Positions 53,203-64,000 of a DNA stretch of 64,000 nucleotides are shown piece by piece. Numbering within the stretch: position 1 is the first letter of the stretch; each line of letters starts with the position of its first letter. The notes under the pieces are model-generated. The model had not been told where the DNA came from, did no database searches, and saw only the letters and a list, made by a program, of their open reading frames with translations. The position numbers and the translations under genes are program-made. The stretch lies in NCBI GenBank assembly GCA_964016885.1, contig OZ024746.1, positions 3,968,001 through 4,032,000 of the forward strand. Direction: 5' to 3'. Source of the DNA: Eledone cirrhosa (lineage: Eukaryota).

Positions 53203-55004
53203 AAGAAGAAGAAGAAGAATGTGATATAGCAGTTCGTCATATCTATCACCATTTATCTTTAAAATTAAATCACTTGAAAGGTGATTTTAAAAACTATAAT
53301 TTTATTTAACACTCTTTACTTGTGTGAATATTATTTTATATCTATTTCGTAGATTACCCAAGGGATACATCACTACAAATGGTAGAACTCTTAGAAGCAC
53401 TAAGCTAATTACTTCTGAGCATGTACTTATATCGCTTTAAACTAGCCGTCCATTTACCATATCCTCCACCAAGCAATTTTTGTCAATTTTTATTACATAC
53501 AGTGTAGTTTAAGAGCTGATTAATACATAGGTCCGGCAATAACAATAATCATACTTAACATAAAGAGACCATTATGAATATGCTTTATTGGTGCTATCAT
53601 AAATTGTCCTTTCTGAATAGTTATACTGTCTATGAAGAATTGATTAGATAAAACGGATATGATACGTAATATCTTATAGAACTACATAGTTACATTTTTT
53701 TGTAAAATCTAATTTTATATGCAGTATATTTAAATATATTCTTTTATTATATGATTTCCAGTAGTAGACTTTATATACCAAAATTAGTTTTCTAATTATT
53801 CGCTAATTAGTTACACTATGTAGTGGAACAATCAATGACGCCTGATATATATTTTAGTATTTATTTATGTATTTACTAATATTTACTAATCTAATACAAA
53901 TATATATACAATTTATAATATCTATATATTCTATAATATTTGTTAATGCATATTATTCACTCAGCAGTTTTTCCTATATTTAAGAGCAATTCTAATAGAA
54001 CTGGTGGAGAAATGGATATAATTCTCTGATGTCTTTAGTTACATCACTTTATATTCTGAATTCAGTTCCCAGCGGAGTCGATAAAATAAGTACCATACAT
54101 GGACAGAGTTTGATTTAATTGAATGTTCCATCTCAAAAGAATTTAAAAACAAAGCATTATAAGCGTTGTACATATATTAGAAATCATAAGTGAAAGAGTA
54201 GCCGTATACTTAAACAGTTTCGTTTCCGAACCTCGGTGGTCAACGCTCAATGCCATTTTTATTATAAACTCGGATAAATGTTTTCCAGGATAAAACACTA
54301 TCTATCTGGCTATAGTGGGTGAGAGTTTAGGGGTGATTGATATACAGAGGGGGATTGGGAGAGATAACTGTAGATAGTTGTAGAGAGTGAGAGAGTTATT
54401 ACTCTTAGATATAGAGTGGGATAAGAGAGGTGGTGTCGTGGTAGCTATAGAGAGGGGTAGAGTTTAGTTTTAGGAGATACAGAAAGGAGGATTAAAAGAG
54501 AATTTTGTGTGATAGACAGAGAGGAGGAGAATTTGGTGGCACTCTCGGGTCCCAAATAATAGGAGGGGTGGCAATAATGGGGAGGGGGATCAGTAATTGT
54601 ATAGTGTACGTTCGTAAGTATGGGATGTCTTGTAATGTTCTTTTGTCATATATATAATGTTTTTTTAATGTAAAATAAAATTATTAGATTCTCCAGCCGC
54701 TGTATCAATATGAATCACAATAACATTTCACCGGAGATAGATTAACAAAATTTAATAAGCGGGTGGAATAAAATTCGAGGGGAATCTAACAAATTAATAA
54801 GCGGAGGCGGGGACGATTATTCAAGGCGGGTGTAAAATTGCAAACTCAATACCAAAGTAGAGTTTAAATATTCATTTATTATGGCTAAGACTTGTTACTC
54901 TGGAGTCTCACCTTACTCACCAGACAAGACTGGTGATCGTGTGAGTACACAGGTGAAACTTTAGAGTAAGAACGCTAACAAATAGCCATAATAAATGTAT
55001 ATAC

Positions 55005-55146
<142 letters not shown>

Positions 55147-55147
55147 T

Positions 55148-55370
55148 TATTTATTAAAATAACAGATTAAAGTTTAAGCAAAGAATCGCTGCTGTCACTC
55201 TTAACGGGATCTTCTGAAGATCCCGTTAAGGGTGAAAGCAGCGATTCTTTGCTTAAACTTTAATCTGTTATTTTAATAAATATTTCCTCTACGGTTCTTA
55301 TATATTTGATATATATTTATCCTTATCGAGCCGTCTTTGGATTTTAGTCTTCAAATTTATTATTATTACT
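55148..55370. mobile_element. Asymmetric palindromic mini-element with HHR-like core
   Basis: About 67-bp arms centred at 55215 inside CTGAAGA, followed by TCCCgttaaGGGT-GAAA. Right tail, (TA)n on both sides. Confidence 0.8.
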
Positions 55371-56487
55371 ATATATATATATATAACAGAAAAAAAGAGA
55401 ATCAGTGTTGCGACGAATGGAATTTATTGAACATATTACAATCGTTTCTCTGGCGACCAGCTTGAGGCACGACCAGCTCAGATACGTTTTGATTTTACAA
55501 AGCAGATTTTCCAATTATATATATATATGGGAGATGAATAAATTGGGTATAATACCAGTTCCTTATCAAATGCGAAGAAGTTCGATATATTAACCCCTTA
55601 GGAAAGGGCACAGAGCATAATTTTTCTTAATTATATATATACAGAGGCAGTGGAACTGCCCCCCCCCCCCAATAATTATATTTTCTCCCAAACTACCAAA
55701 ACACACATCTATGTGTATTACGCTACAATTTATGTAGGTTATGTTTAACGCATATCGAAGTTTTCTGACCATTTTGTAGTGCAAAAGAACTCAACTAAAT
55801 TGTCCAAATTTGCATCCACACCAAAAAGAAATTCAGAAATGCCTCCCCTCCCCTGAATATATATATATACATACCAACTTATACATATACATATATAGAC
55901 AAGGAAAGAGAAAATATATTCCACTTCACCACACATACCTCACATATATATATATGAGATTTTCAAGGATTAGATTTTGTTTTTCATCTGAATTCCACCA
56001 TCTTGCTTATACACCTAACGAAACAAACAAAAACATTAAATAAAATGTAAATAAAAACACTAAACAAAATAAAAAATACCAACAGAAGAGATAAAAAGTT
56101 TCTGTAAACAAATAGAAAACGTTTCAATCAGCTAAGTATTTGAGGGCAAAGGGGCGGAGTTGGGGCGGAGTTGGGACGGAGGGCTATCAGCAATAGAGAA
56201 AACCAACATTGATAATAATAGAAATCCTTTCTTTTCAACGATTCATACGGAAGATAAAAGAACACAATAGACATTAATAATAAGTTCAATATTTTATTCT
56301 AACTCCGCAAAGATGTATAAAAAGATCTGTATGTAAGTATGTATGTATGTATGTATGTATGTATGTATGTATGTATGTATGTATGTATGTATGTATGTGT
56401 GTATGTATGTATGTATGTATGTATGTGTGTATGTGTGTATGTATGTATGTATGTATGTATGTATGTATGTATGTATGTATGTATGTA

Positions 56488-56522
<35 letters not shown>

Positions 56523-56605
56523 ATGTGTGTATGTGTGTATGTATGTGTGTATGTATGTATGTGTGTATGTATGTATGTGTGTATGTATGTATATATGTAT
56601 GTATG

Positions 56606-56803
56606 TTATCTCTTTCTCTTAATTTCGAGTATATTTTTTTGACCGGCCACCTTCCTGGTGGCAAGGTTGTAAAAGAAAAGAAATTGTCATCCCTTGAATC
56701 GCAAGAATGTTTTGCAAATTTTGAAGGTGCCAGCTATCGCAGCCATTTGTAGACTATGAATTAGGGAGCTGCGCTCTTTGTCCGCAAATCCAAGTTCAGT
56801 CAT
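56606..56803 (-). mobile_element. 3'-terminal about 200-bp copy of the R4/Dong element at 25884-28067
   Basis: Near-identical to 25884-26080 and flanked by (TATG)n on both sides. Confidence 0.92.
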
Positions 56804-57221
56804 GTATGTATGTGTGTATGTATGTATATATGTATGTATATATATATATATATATGGTATCCAATGATGTTGACTTGTTCTTCTTTTTCGTAAATATCAT
56901 CTTGGTTAAGAGAGTGGGACTGGCTTTGTGCAGTGCCTTTGCTCACTATAAAAGCTTCACGGCACAGGCATTGCTTTATATCTGGAGATCTCTCTGCACT
57001 TGTCGTCACATGGTACCATTGGCCCAGCACTATGTGTCAATAATTGTTACAGGTGTAGTGTTTGTACCAGAGTTTTCAAGTCGCTGGCTGGACTAAAAAG
57101 TCACACTTGTTCAGCGCATCGGTAGGGGTTCTCCTACATGGATATAAAGTAGTGGCCGTACTCGAAAACGAGTTGGCAGCCACCATGTATATATATATAC
57201 GTATATGTATGTATATATATA

Positions 57222-57262
<41 letters not shown>

Positions 57263-57439
57263 ATGTATGTATATACGTATATGTATGTATATATGTGTGT
57301 ATGTATACACACATGTGGCCGAGACTGTGCAAACACACAAACACATCTACACACATATACGAGTGTACATAATTCAAAAGAAGTTTCAACTACTAACATA
57401 ATATCGTATGCACATAACATACGTATGTATGTATCTGTC

Positions 57440-57475
<36 letters not shown>

Positions 57476-57506
57476 TATGTCTGTGTGTGTGTGTATATAT
57501 TAGAGT

Positions 57507-57660
57507 GACGCCATGCTTTGACGCATGGAGTTACGGCCCTTTCCATTCTGAGTTCAAATCCCGCCGAGGTTAACTTTGCCTTTCATCCTTACGGGGTCGA
57601 TAAAATAAAGTACCAGTAATGCACTGGGTAATTGATGGCCTTATGCCAAAAGTATAAACA
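57507..57660 (+). mobile_element. Nin/Deu-domain-type tRNA SINE (short subfamily), 5'-truncated
   Basis: B-box and family core. Confidence 0.85.
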
Positions 57661-57662
57661 TA

Positions 57663-57711
<49 letters not shown>

Positions 57712-57722
57712 TATATTATATA

Positions 57723-57869
<147 letters not shown>

Positions 57870-57900
57870 TATATTATATATATATGTATATATATATATA

Positions 57901-58167
57901 TATAAAGAAAAAGAGATGAAATCGAAAATGCAACTGGAGTCTTATTTAAAAAATAATATATATTTATTTGGTTCCTTTACCGGTTTCGCAGTTCTTCTGC
58001 TTTTGAAAAGCAGAAGAACTGCGAAACCGGTAAAGGAACCAAATAAATATATATATATTTAAAAAAAATAAGACTCCAGTTGCATTTTCGATTTCATCTC
58101 TTTTTCTTTATACTTTCACTCGTGTAGGACACCTCGGTTATTTTTTATTTTGTAAAAAAAACCTCAC

Positions 58168-58173
<6 letters not shown>
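57901..58173. mobile_element. Asymmetric palindromic HHR mini-element, family Z (U3-A8 core)
   Basis: About 104-bp arms centred at 58005, TTGAAAA-GCAG aagaa CTGC-GAAAC-CG-GTA, right tail, (TA)n on both sides. Confidence 0.85.
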
Positions 58174-58217
<44 letters not shown>

Positions 58218-58521
58218 AACTAGGTGTATTAAAATTGATGATAATATCTATATTGCTATACGTCGGTCCTGGTTCTGTATTTTTTATCAGAACCTCTACC
58301 ACACCCCAATATTCCTGCCCCTCCCCTCTAACAAATTATTACAGTAATATACCTGTCACCCCTCCCCCGCAACAAATTATTACAGTAATGTACCTGTCAA
58401 CCCCCCCACCCCAACACATTATTACAGTAATGTACCTGTCACCTTTCACAGAATAAACTAATTTTATTTAAAAAAAACAACTAGTAAATAATTCTTTAAA
58501 AGCAAATAATATATGTATACG

Positions 58522-58669
<148 letters not shown>

Positions 58670-59433
58670 TATATGTATGTATGTATTAATGTATGTATGT
58701 ATGTATGTATGTATGTTAGCATGTATGTGCGTATGATATCCTAAATGTTAAAATTCGCAGTTTTCCTTCACCCTCCCTTAAAAGGTCCACCACGATCCTA
58801 TACTGGGTCGGTACATTTTCTTCAGCACATTAAATCATAGTAATAAAGTTTATTTTTGTTGAGATTTTCGGTTTTTTTAAACATTTTTTTTGTCATCAAC
58901 TGAAATGCATGAGTCATGAAAAATAACTTTAAAAAAATCTATCAATATATCTATTTATCTATCTACCAATTTACCTATCAATCTTATTTCTGTTTAAATC
59001 ATACTGTAATGCAACATACATTCACACACGCACATATATACACACTCACACACACTTATACACACACACACACACACACACACTTATACATATACACATA
59101 TACACACACACTTATACACACACACACATACACATACACACACACACACACTTATACATATACACACGCACACACTTATACACACACATATACGCACACA
59201 CACTTATACATACACACACACACATATACACTCACACACACTTATACACACACACACTCACATATACACTCACTCACACTTATACATATACACACACTTA
59301 TACACACACACACTCACATACACACTCACTCACACTTATACATATATGTATACACACACACACACACACTGTCAAACACACTCACACATACACTCACTCA
59401 CACCTATACATATATACACACATTCACTCACTG

Positions 59434-59474
<41 letters not shown>

Positions 59475-59553
59475 GATATCTATATATGCATATCTAAAAC
59501 CTGTGTGAAAATGTGTGTGTGTGACTGAATTTCCCTTAAAATGATTGATAAGC

Positions 59554-59605
<52 letters not shown>

Positions 59606-59768
59606 ATCTATTTAGAAATTCAGGCTGTGTATATATAGGTATTGTTCAATATATATATACACAGACACATAGTCATAGATTTTGAATCAGGGGTATATAT
59701 AACATTAGCGAGGAAGCATATGTGCATATAAGCATTATGTAGCTTTCCTTTTATGTAGAGAATATCAT

Positions 59769-59852
<84 letters not shown>

Positions 59853-59998
59853 TTTTGAGTTTATGTTGGTTGTATACCAACACCTCAGTATGCAGGCTGG
59901 AGCACTCGACGAAGTGCGCAGGTTGGTTTGGTTACTCCGGAGTAGTGTAAAATAAAGTTAAATAAAAGTCAAATGATTAAAATTTAGCTTCGTTTATT

Positions 59999-60053
59999 AC
60001 TGCTATATATATTTCAGTGACAGCCATCTTTGGCTGTGACCTCTTCAGGCAGT
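59999..60053 (-). ncRNA. Type I hammerhead ribozyme motif (canonical core)
   Basis: Minus strand ACTGC-CTGAAGA-GGTcACAGCCA aaga TGGCTGTcACT-GAAA-TATATATA-GCAGT, inside a segment 59850-60240 bounded by (TA)n-rich repeats. Confidence 0.83.
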
Positions 60054-60241
60054 TTGAATTAGTATGGTATAGACAAGTACATATGTTGTTTAGGTGTATG
60101 ATATTGTCAATACTCTGATATGCCCAGTTCCTTGCTGGGTTGTTAATTCACTGGGGAACTGGAGTCATATGGCAGTTAGTCAGTTCTTAGATATGCCGGC
60201 TCTGTGTTTATGGTGTTGATGGTATCAGTGCCTTGGGACAT

Positions 60242-60312
<71 letters not shown>

Positions 60313-60315
<3 letters not shown>

Positions 60316-60521
60316 AAGGATGTGTGGTGAGGAACCCGGTGGACCATAACGCACCACAGTACTCAATACTTTGGGCAGTAGAGTGGGTAATAGGAAAAGA
60401 GTCAGAACCCCGACGGCAGAGCTCAAGCCGTTTCGACAGCTATTTCTGGACTCAGAAATAGTCCAGAAATAGCTGTCGAAACGGCTTGAGCTCTGCCGTT
60501 GGGGTTCTGACTCTTTTCCTA
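60313..60521. mobile_element. Asymmetric palindromic HHR mini-element, family X
   Basis: About 62-bp arms, left tail, TA flanks. Confidence 0.85.
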
Positions 60522-60542
60522 TATCTATCTATATATATATAT

Positions 60543-60650
60543 GGAAAAAAGATGAAATCGAAAATGCAACTGGAGTTTTATTTAAAAAAAAAATATATGT
60601 TTTGTTCCTTTACCGGGTTCGCAGTTCTTCTGCTTTTCAAAACTTCTGTT
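60543..60650 (-). mobile_element. Non-palindromic copy of family Z pLTR/HHR
   Basis: Matches 57905-58005 and continues past the fold-back point. Confidence 0.75.
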
Positions 60651-61934
60651 TTATATGTTATGAAACACATAACCTTTATATTCTATATTCCATGTATACG
60701 TCAACCCCATGCACATCTCATATATACTTTTACGAAATGGATGTTACACATACCCACAATATGTATAACTTGTTTGTCGTACTCACGGTCCACATCTAAC
60801 CACAAGCCACGAGACCTGCATCATGCGCAGGCTCCCACCCAGTGCCTTAGATCACCAGCCCCCATGTATATTATAGAAACATTTGTACCACAGCCCCCAT
60901 GTATATTATAGAAACATTTGCACCACAGCCCCCAAGTATTGTATGCAACTTTACGCACACCCCGATAATGTCCGGACCCCCTCTGCACCCTTGTCATGTA
61001 GGCATTCACTTTTTCCAGGATTTTATTCTATTTTATTTTATTTTATTTTATTATATTTTATTATTGTATATTATTTCATTATTATATTATTTTATGTTAT
61101 GTACGTACAGGCTTTTATATCTGTGTCACCCACGCTATATGTGATTAGTGCAGGGATATTGTGCTGCCGTAACATTTATGCATCTTGTGCAGGCACTTTC
61201 GGACTCATACCGCCACGTGATCGGGTTGGGTCAGAGCCTCAAAAGCGTTGTCTCATACAATACTGTGTGCACCATCTGTGCAGCTGCGCGTGTGAAGATG
61301 GATGGAGGAGGGGGGGGGGGGGGGGTACTCCTCAAGTATACGCCTCCGGTGTGGGAGCACGCGGGTGCATGTATGTATGTGTGCCCACACAGACATGCAG
61401 AGCACAGGTGTGCGCATGCCTGGGTCGATGTATTTGTCTGAGCATGTCTGCGTTGGGGTATGGATGACTATCTATGGATTTTTCTTTTCTCATCTGTCTA
61501 TATATGTGCGGCGTCTTGGCTATGCGCGCTTCCCTGAGTCCAGTGTGTGAGTGTAGACTTGGGTGTGTTTGTTGAAAACACCTTTGATATCGCCTTTCTG
61601 TTTGAAAGGCTGTTGAAAGCTTTCATTTAAACACGTTCTTAATACAGGTTTTTTTCTTTTTCTTTTTCTTTTTCTTTTTCTTTTTCTTTTTCTTTTTCTT
61701 TTTGAAATATGTATGGTGGAGGGTATCCTAAGGCTGTGTCTTAGTAGCGGGTGTGTACCTGACCGATGTCAGCCGTTCAAGATTACAGCCCCTCTCCCAC
61801 CACAGTAGTAATTCTGATATATGAAGTGTACAATTATTGACCACTCATGGAAGTTCAACAACAGGATCTAAATCAACAAACGAAGAAAATCGATGTTAAA
61901 GGACAATAGGAAAACCTGCTTCGTAGAATCGAGA

Positions 61935-62025
61935 CGTATCCGAGGACCGCGCGATTTCAGAGTCAGGTTTGATCACCATATCGATCGTGCCTCGAGCTGG
62001 TCGCCCGAGAAACAATTGTGATATG
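61935..62025 (+). ncRNA. Extended-stem-II hammerhead motif, probably inactive (GUG site)
   Basis: CGTAT-CCGAGGA-(62 nt)-GAAAC-AATT-GTG-ATATG. Homologue of 21009-21099. Confidence 0.6.
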
Positions 62026-62095
62026 TCCAATAAATTCCTTTCGTCGCAACACTGATTCTCTTTTTTCTGTGATATATATATATATATATATAAAT

Positions 62096-62155
<60 letters not shown>

Positions 62156-62197
62156 TAAAAATGAAAAATCAGTGATGCATCTGGACTCAGTTTATTG

Positions 62198-62288
62198 CGT
62201 GTTACAATTGTTTCGCCGGCAGGTAGCTCGAGACATGATCAGTGTATGGATCTGGCTGATTCTACGGCTGCAGGTTCTTTCAGACACG
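62198..62288 (-). ncRNA. Extended-stem-II hammerhead motif
   Basis: Minus strand CGTGT-CTGAAAGA-(about 60 nt)-GAAAC-AATT-GTA-ACACG. Stem I covaries with the 21009 copy. Confidence 0.65.
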
Positions 62289-62314
62289 GGCAGTTCGTTC
62301 GGAGAAAATTTTCT

Positions 62315-62332
62315 CAGAGAGGGAGAGAGAGC

Positions 62333-62405
<73 letters not shown>

Positions 62406-62479
62406 TGTGTGTGTGTGCGTGAGAGAGAGAGAGTGTGTGTGTGCGAGAGAGTGTGTGCGTGTGTGTGTGTGAGAGAGAG

Positions 62480-62517
<38 letters not shown>

Positions 62518-62578
62518 TGTGTGCGTGTGTGTGTGTGAGAGAGAGAGAGAGTGTGTGTGAGAGAGTGTGTGAGAGAGA

Positions 62579-62613
<35 letters not shown>

Positions 62614-62799
62614 TGTGTGCGTGTGTGTGTGTGAGAGAGAGAGAGAGTGTGTGTGAGAGAGTGTGTGCGTGTGTGTGTGTGAGAGAGAGAGGGAGAGAGA
62701 GTGTGTGTGTGAGAGAGTGTGTGTGCGTGCGTGTGTGTATGTGTGTGTGAGAGAGAGAGAGAGAGAGAGCGTGTGTGTGTGTGTGAGAGAGAGTGTGCA

Positions 62800-62833
<34 letters not shown>

Positions 62834-62835
62834 GT
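62315..62835. repeat. (GA)n/(GT)n compound microsatellite
   Basis: Direct reading. Confidence 0.95.
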
Positions 62836-63027
62836 GCACTCGCGCTTGTCAATTGACATATAAAGTATGTTATGTTCAGCTCAATTTCTGTTTGCAGTCA
62901 TGTTATAAATATAAATCATTGTGTGTAACTTCTGAGTGATACACACATTCTGAGTGTGTGTATACACACACACACACACATTCTGAGTGTGTGTATACAC
63001 ACACACACACACACATTCTGCGGTCAG

Positions 63028-63066
<39 letters not shown>

Positions 63067-63451
63067 TTCTGAGGTCAGACATATATATATTCATACATCT
63101 ACATATATATATATGTATACACACACACACATATATATATAGCTCTATATTTATGCACAAACGAACATATCTTCATACACATACACAATATTAAGAGTTT
63201 CAACAACATACGCATATTATCTCTCTCTGACTGCATACCCCCCCCCCCCCCCATCTCTATGCACACACACACAAACACACGCACACTTACACACACACAT
63301 ACATACATACTTACATACACACACACACATACACACACGCATACACTCACATCCTCTATATGTGTGTGTGTGTATTATATACACAAACATGCATATTCAT
63401 GCACATACAAACAAACTTACTGGCGCTTACTTAGATACACACACACACAGC

Positions 63452-63490
<39 letters not shown>

Positions 63491-63641
63491 ATGTGTGTGT
63501 GTATGTGTGTGTGTATGTGTGTGTGTGTATGTGTGTGTGTGTGTGTGTGTGTATGTGTCTGTGTGGGTTATATACACAAACATATGTATATTCATGCACA
63601 TACAAACACATTCATTGGCGCTTATTTACACACGCACACAC

Positions 63642-63728
<87 letters not shown>

Positions 63729-64000
63729 TACATACATATACCTTAACTGACATCTAAAGTACACACATTGATAAAAAGTTTGCAGGAAAGTTCCTGAAAT
63801 ATCCCGCCATCTAATTAAGTAAATATGACCTTAAATTAACCCGAAAAGAAGGAATACGTAAGGAAAGATAACTCATCCTGTAACAAGACAGAAAACGATG
63901 ACAACAAAAGTAAAAATCAAAGAAATTATAGGAAAAACACGAAGAATGAAGACGTCTGTGTGTCTGTATTAGTGTAGATGTATATAGGTATATATATGTG

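Noticed and set aside
56150-56183. Three GGGGCGGAGTT GC-box-like motifs
   Set aside because: Short tandem duplication with no associated gene start

Overview
Eukaryotic, AT-rich, microsatellite-saturated window with no supportable host gene. The SINE families and repeat style resemble an octopus or other coleoid cephalopod genome (inference). Nearly all ORFs in the track are dinucleotide or tetranucleotide repeat artefacts. Real coding remnants are all from mobile elements: a 5'-truncated RTE LINE, a Naiad-like Penelope-like element (PLE) ORF (RT C-half plus GIY-YIG) enclosed by about 3.9-kb near-identical inverted arms, two further PLE GIY-YIG remnants, R4/Dong-type RLE non-LTR elements, and a mariner fragment. 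The main hidden signal is a dense set of (TA)n-embedded elements carrying type I hammerhead ribozyme (HHR) motifs. Many are asymmetric fold-back palindromes of the form (TA)n - long arm - centre - short arm - (TA)n, and in the small ones the fold-back centre lies in or at the ribozyme core. The same long-arm/short-arm layout is seen at about 0.2 kb and at 9.6 kb. Several HHRs show compensatory changes between copies (stem I and II covariation, U3-A8 core variant) or 60-115-nt stem II extensions. All alignments and folds were done by eye, and boundaries are approximate to within a few nt.
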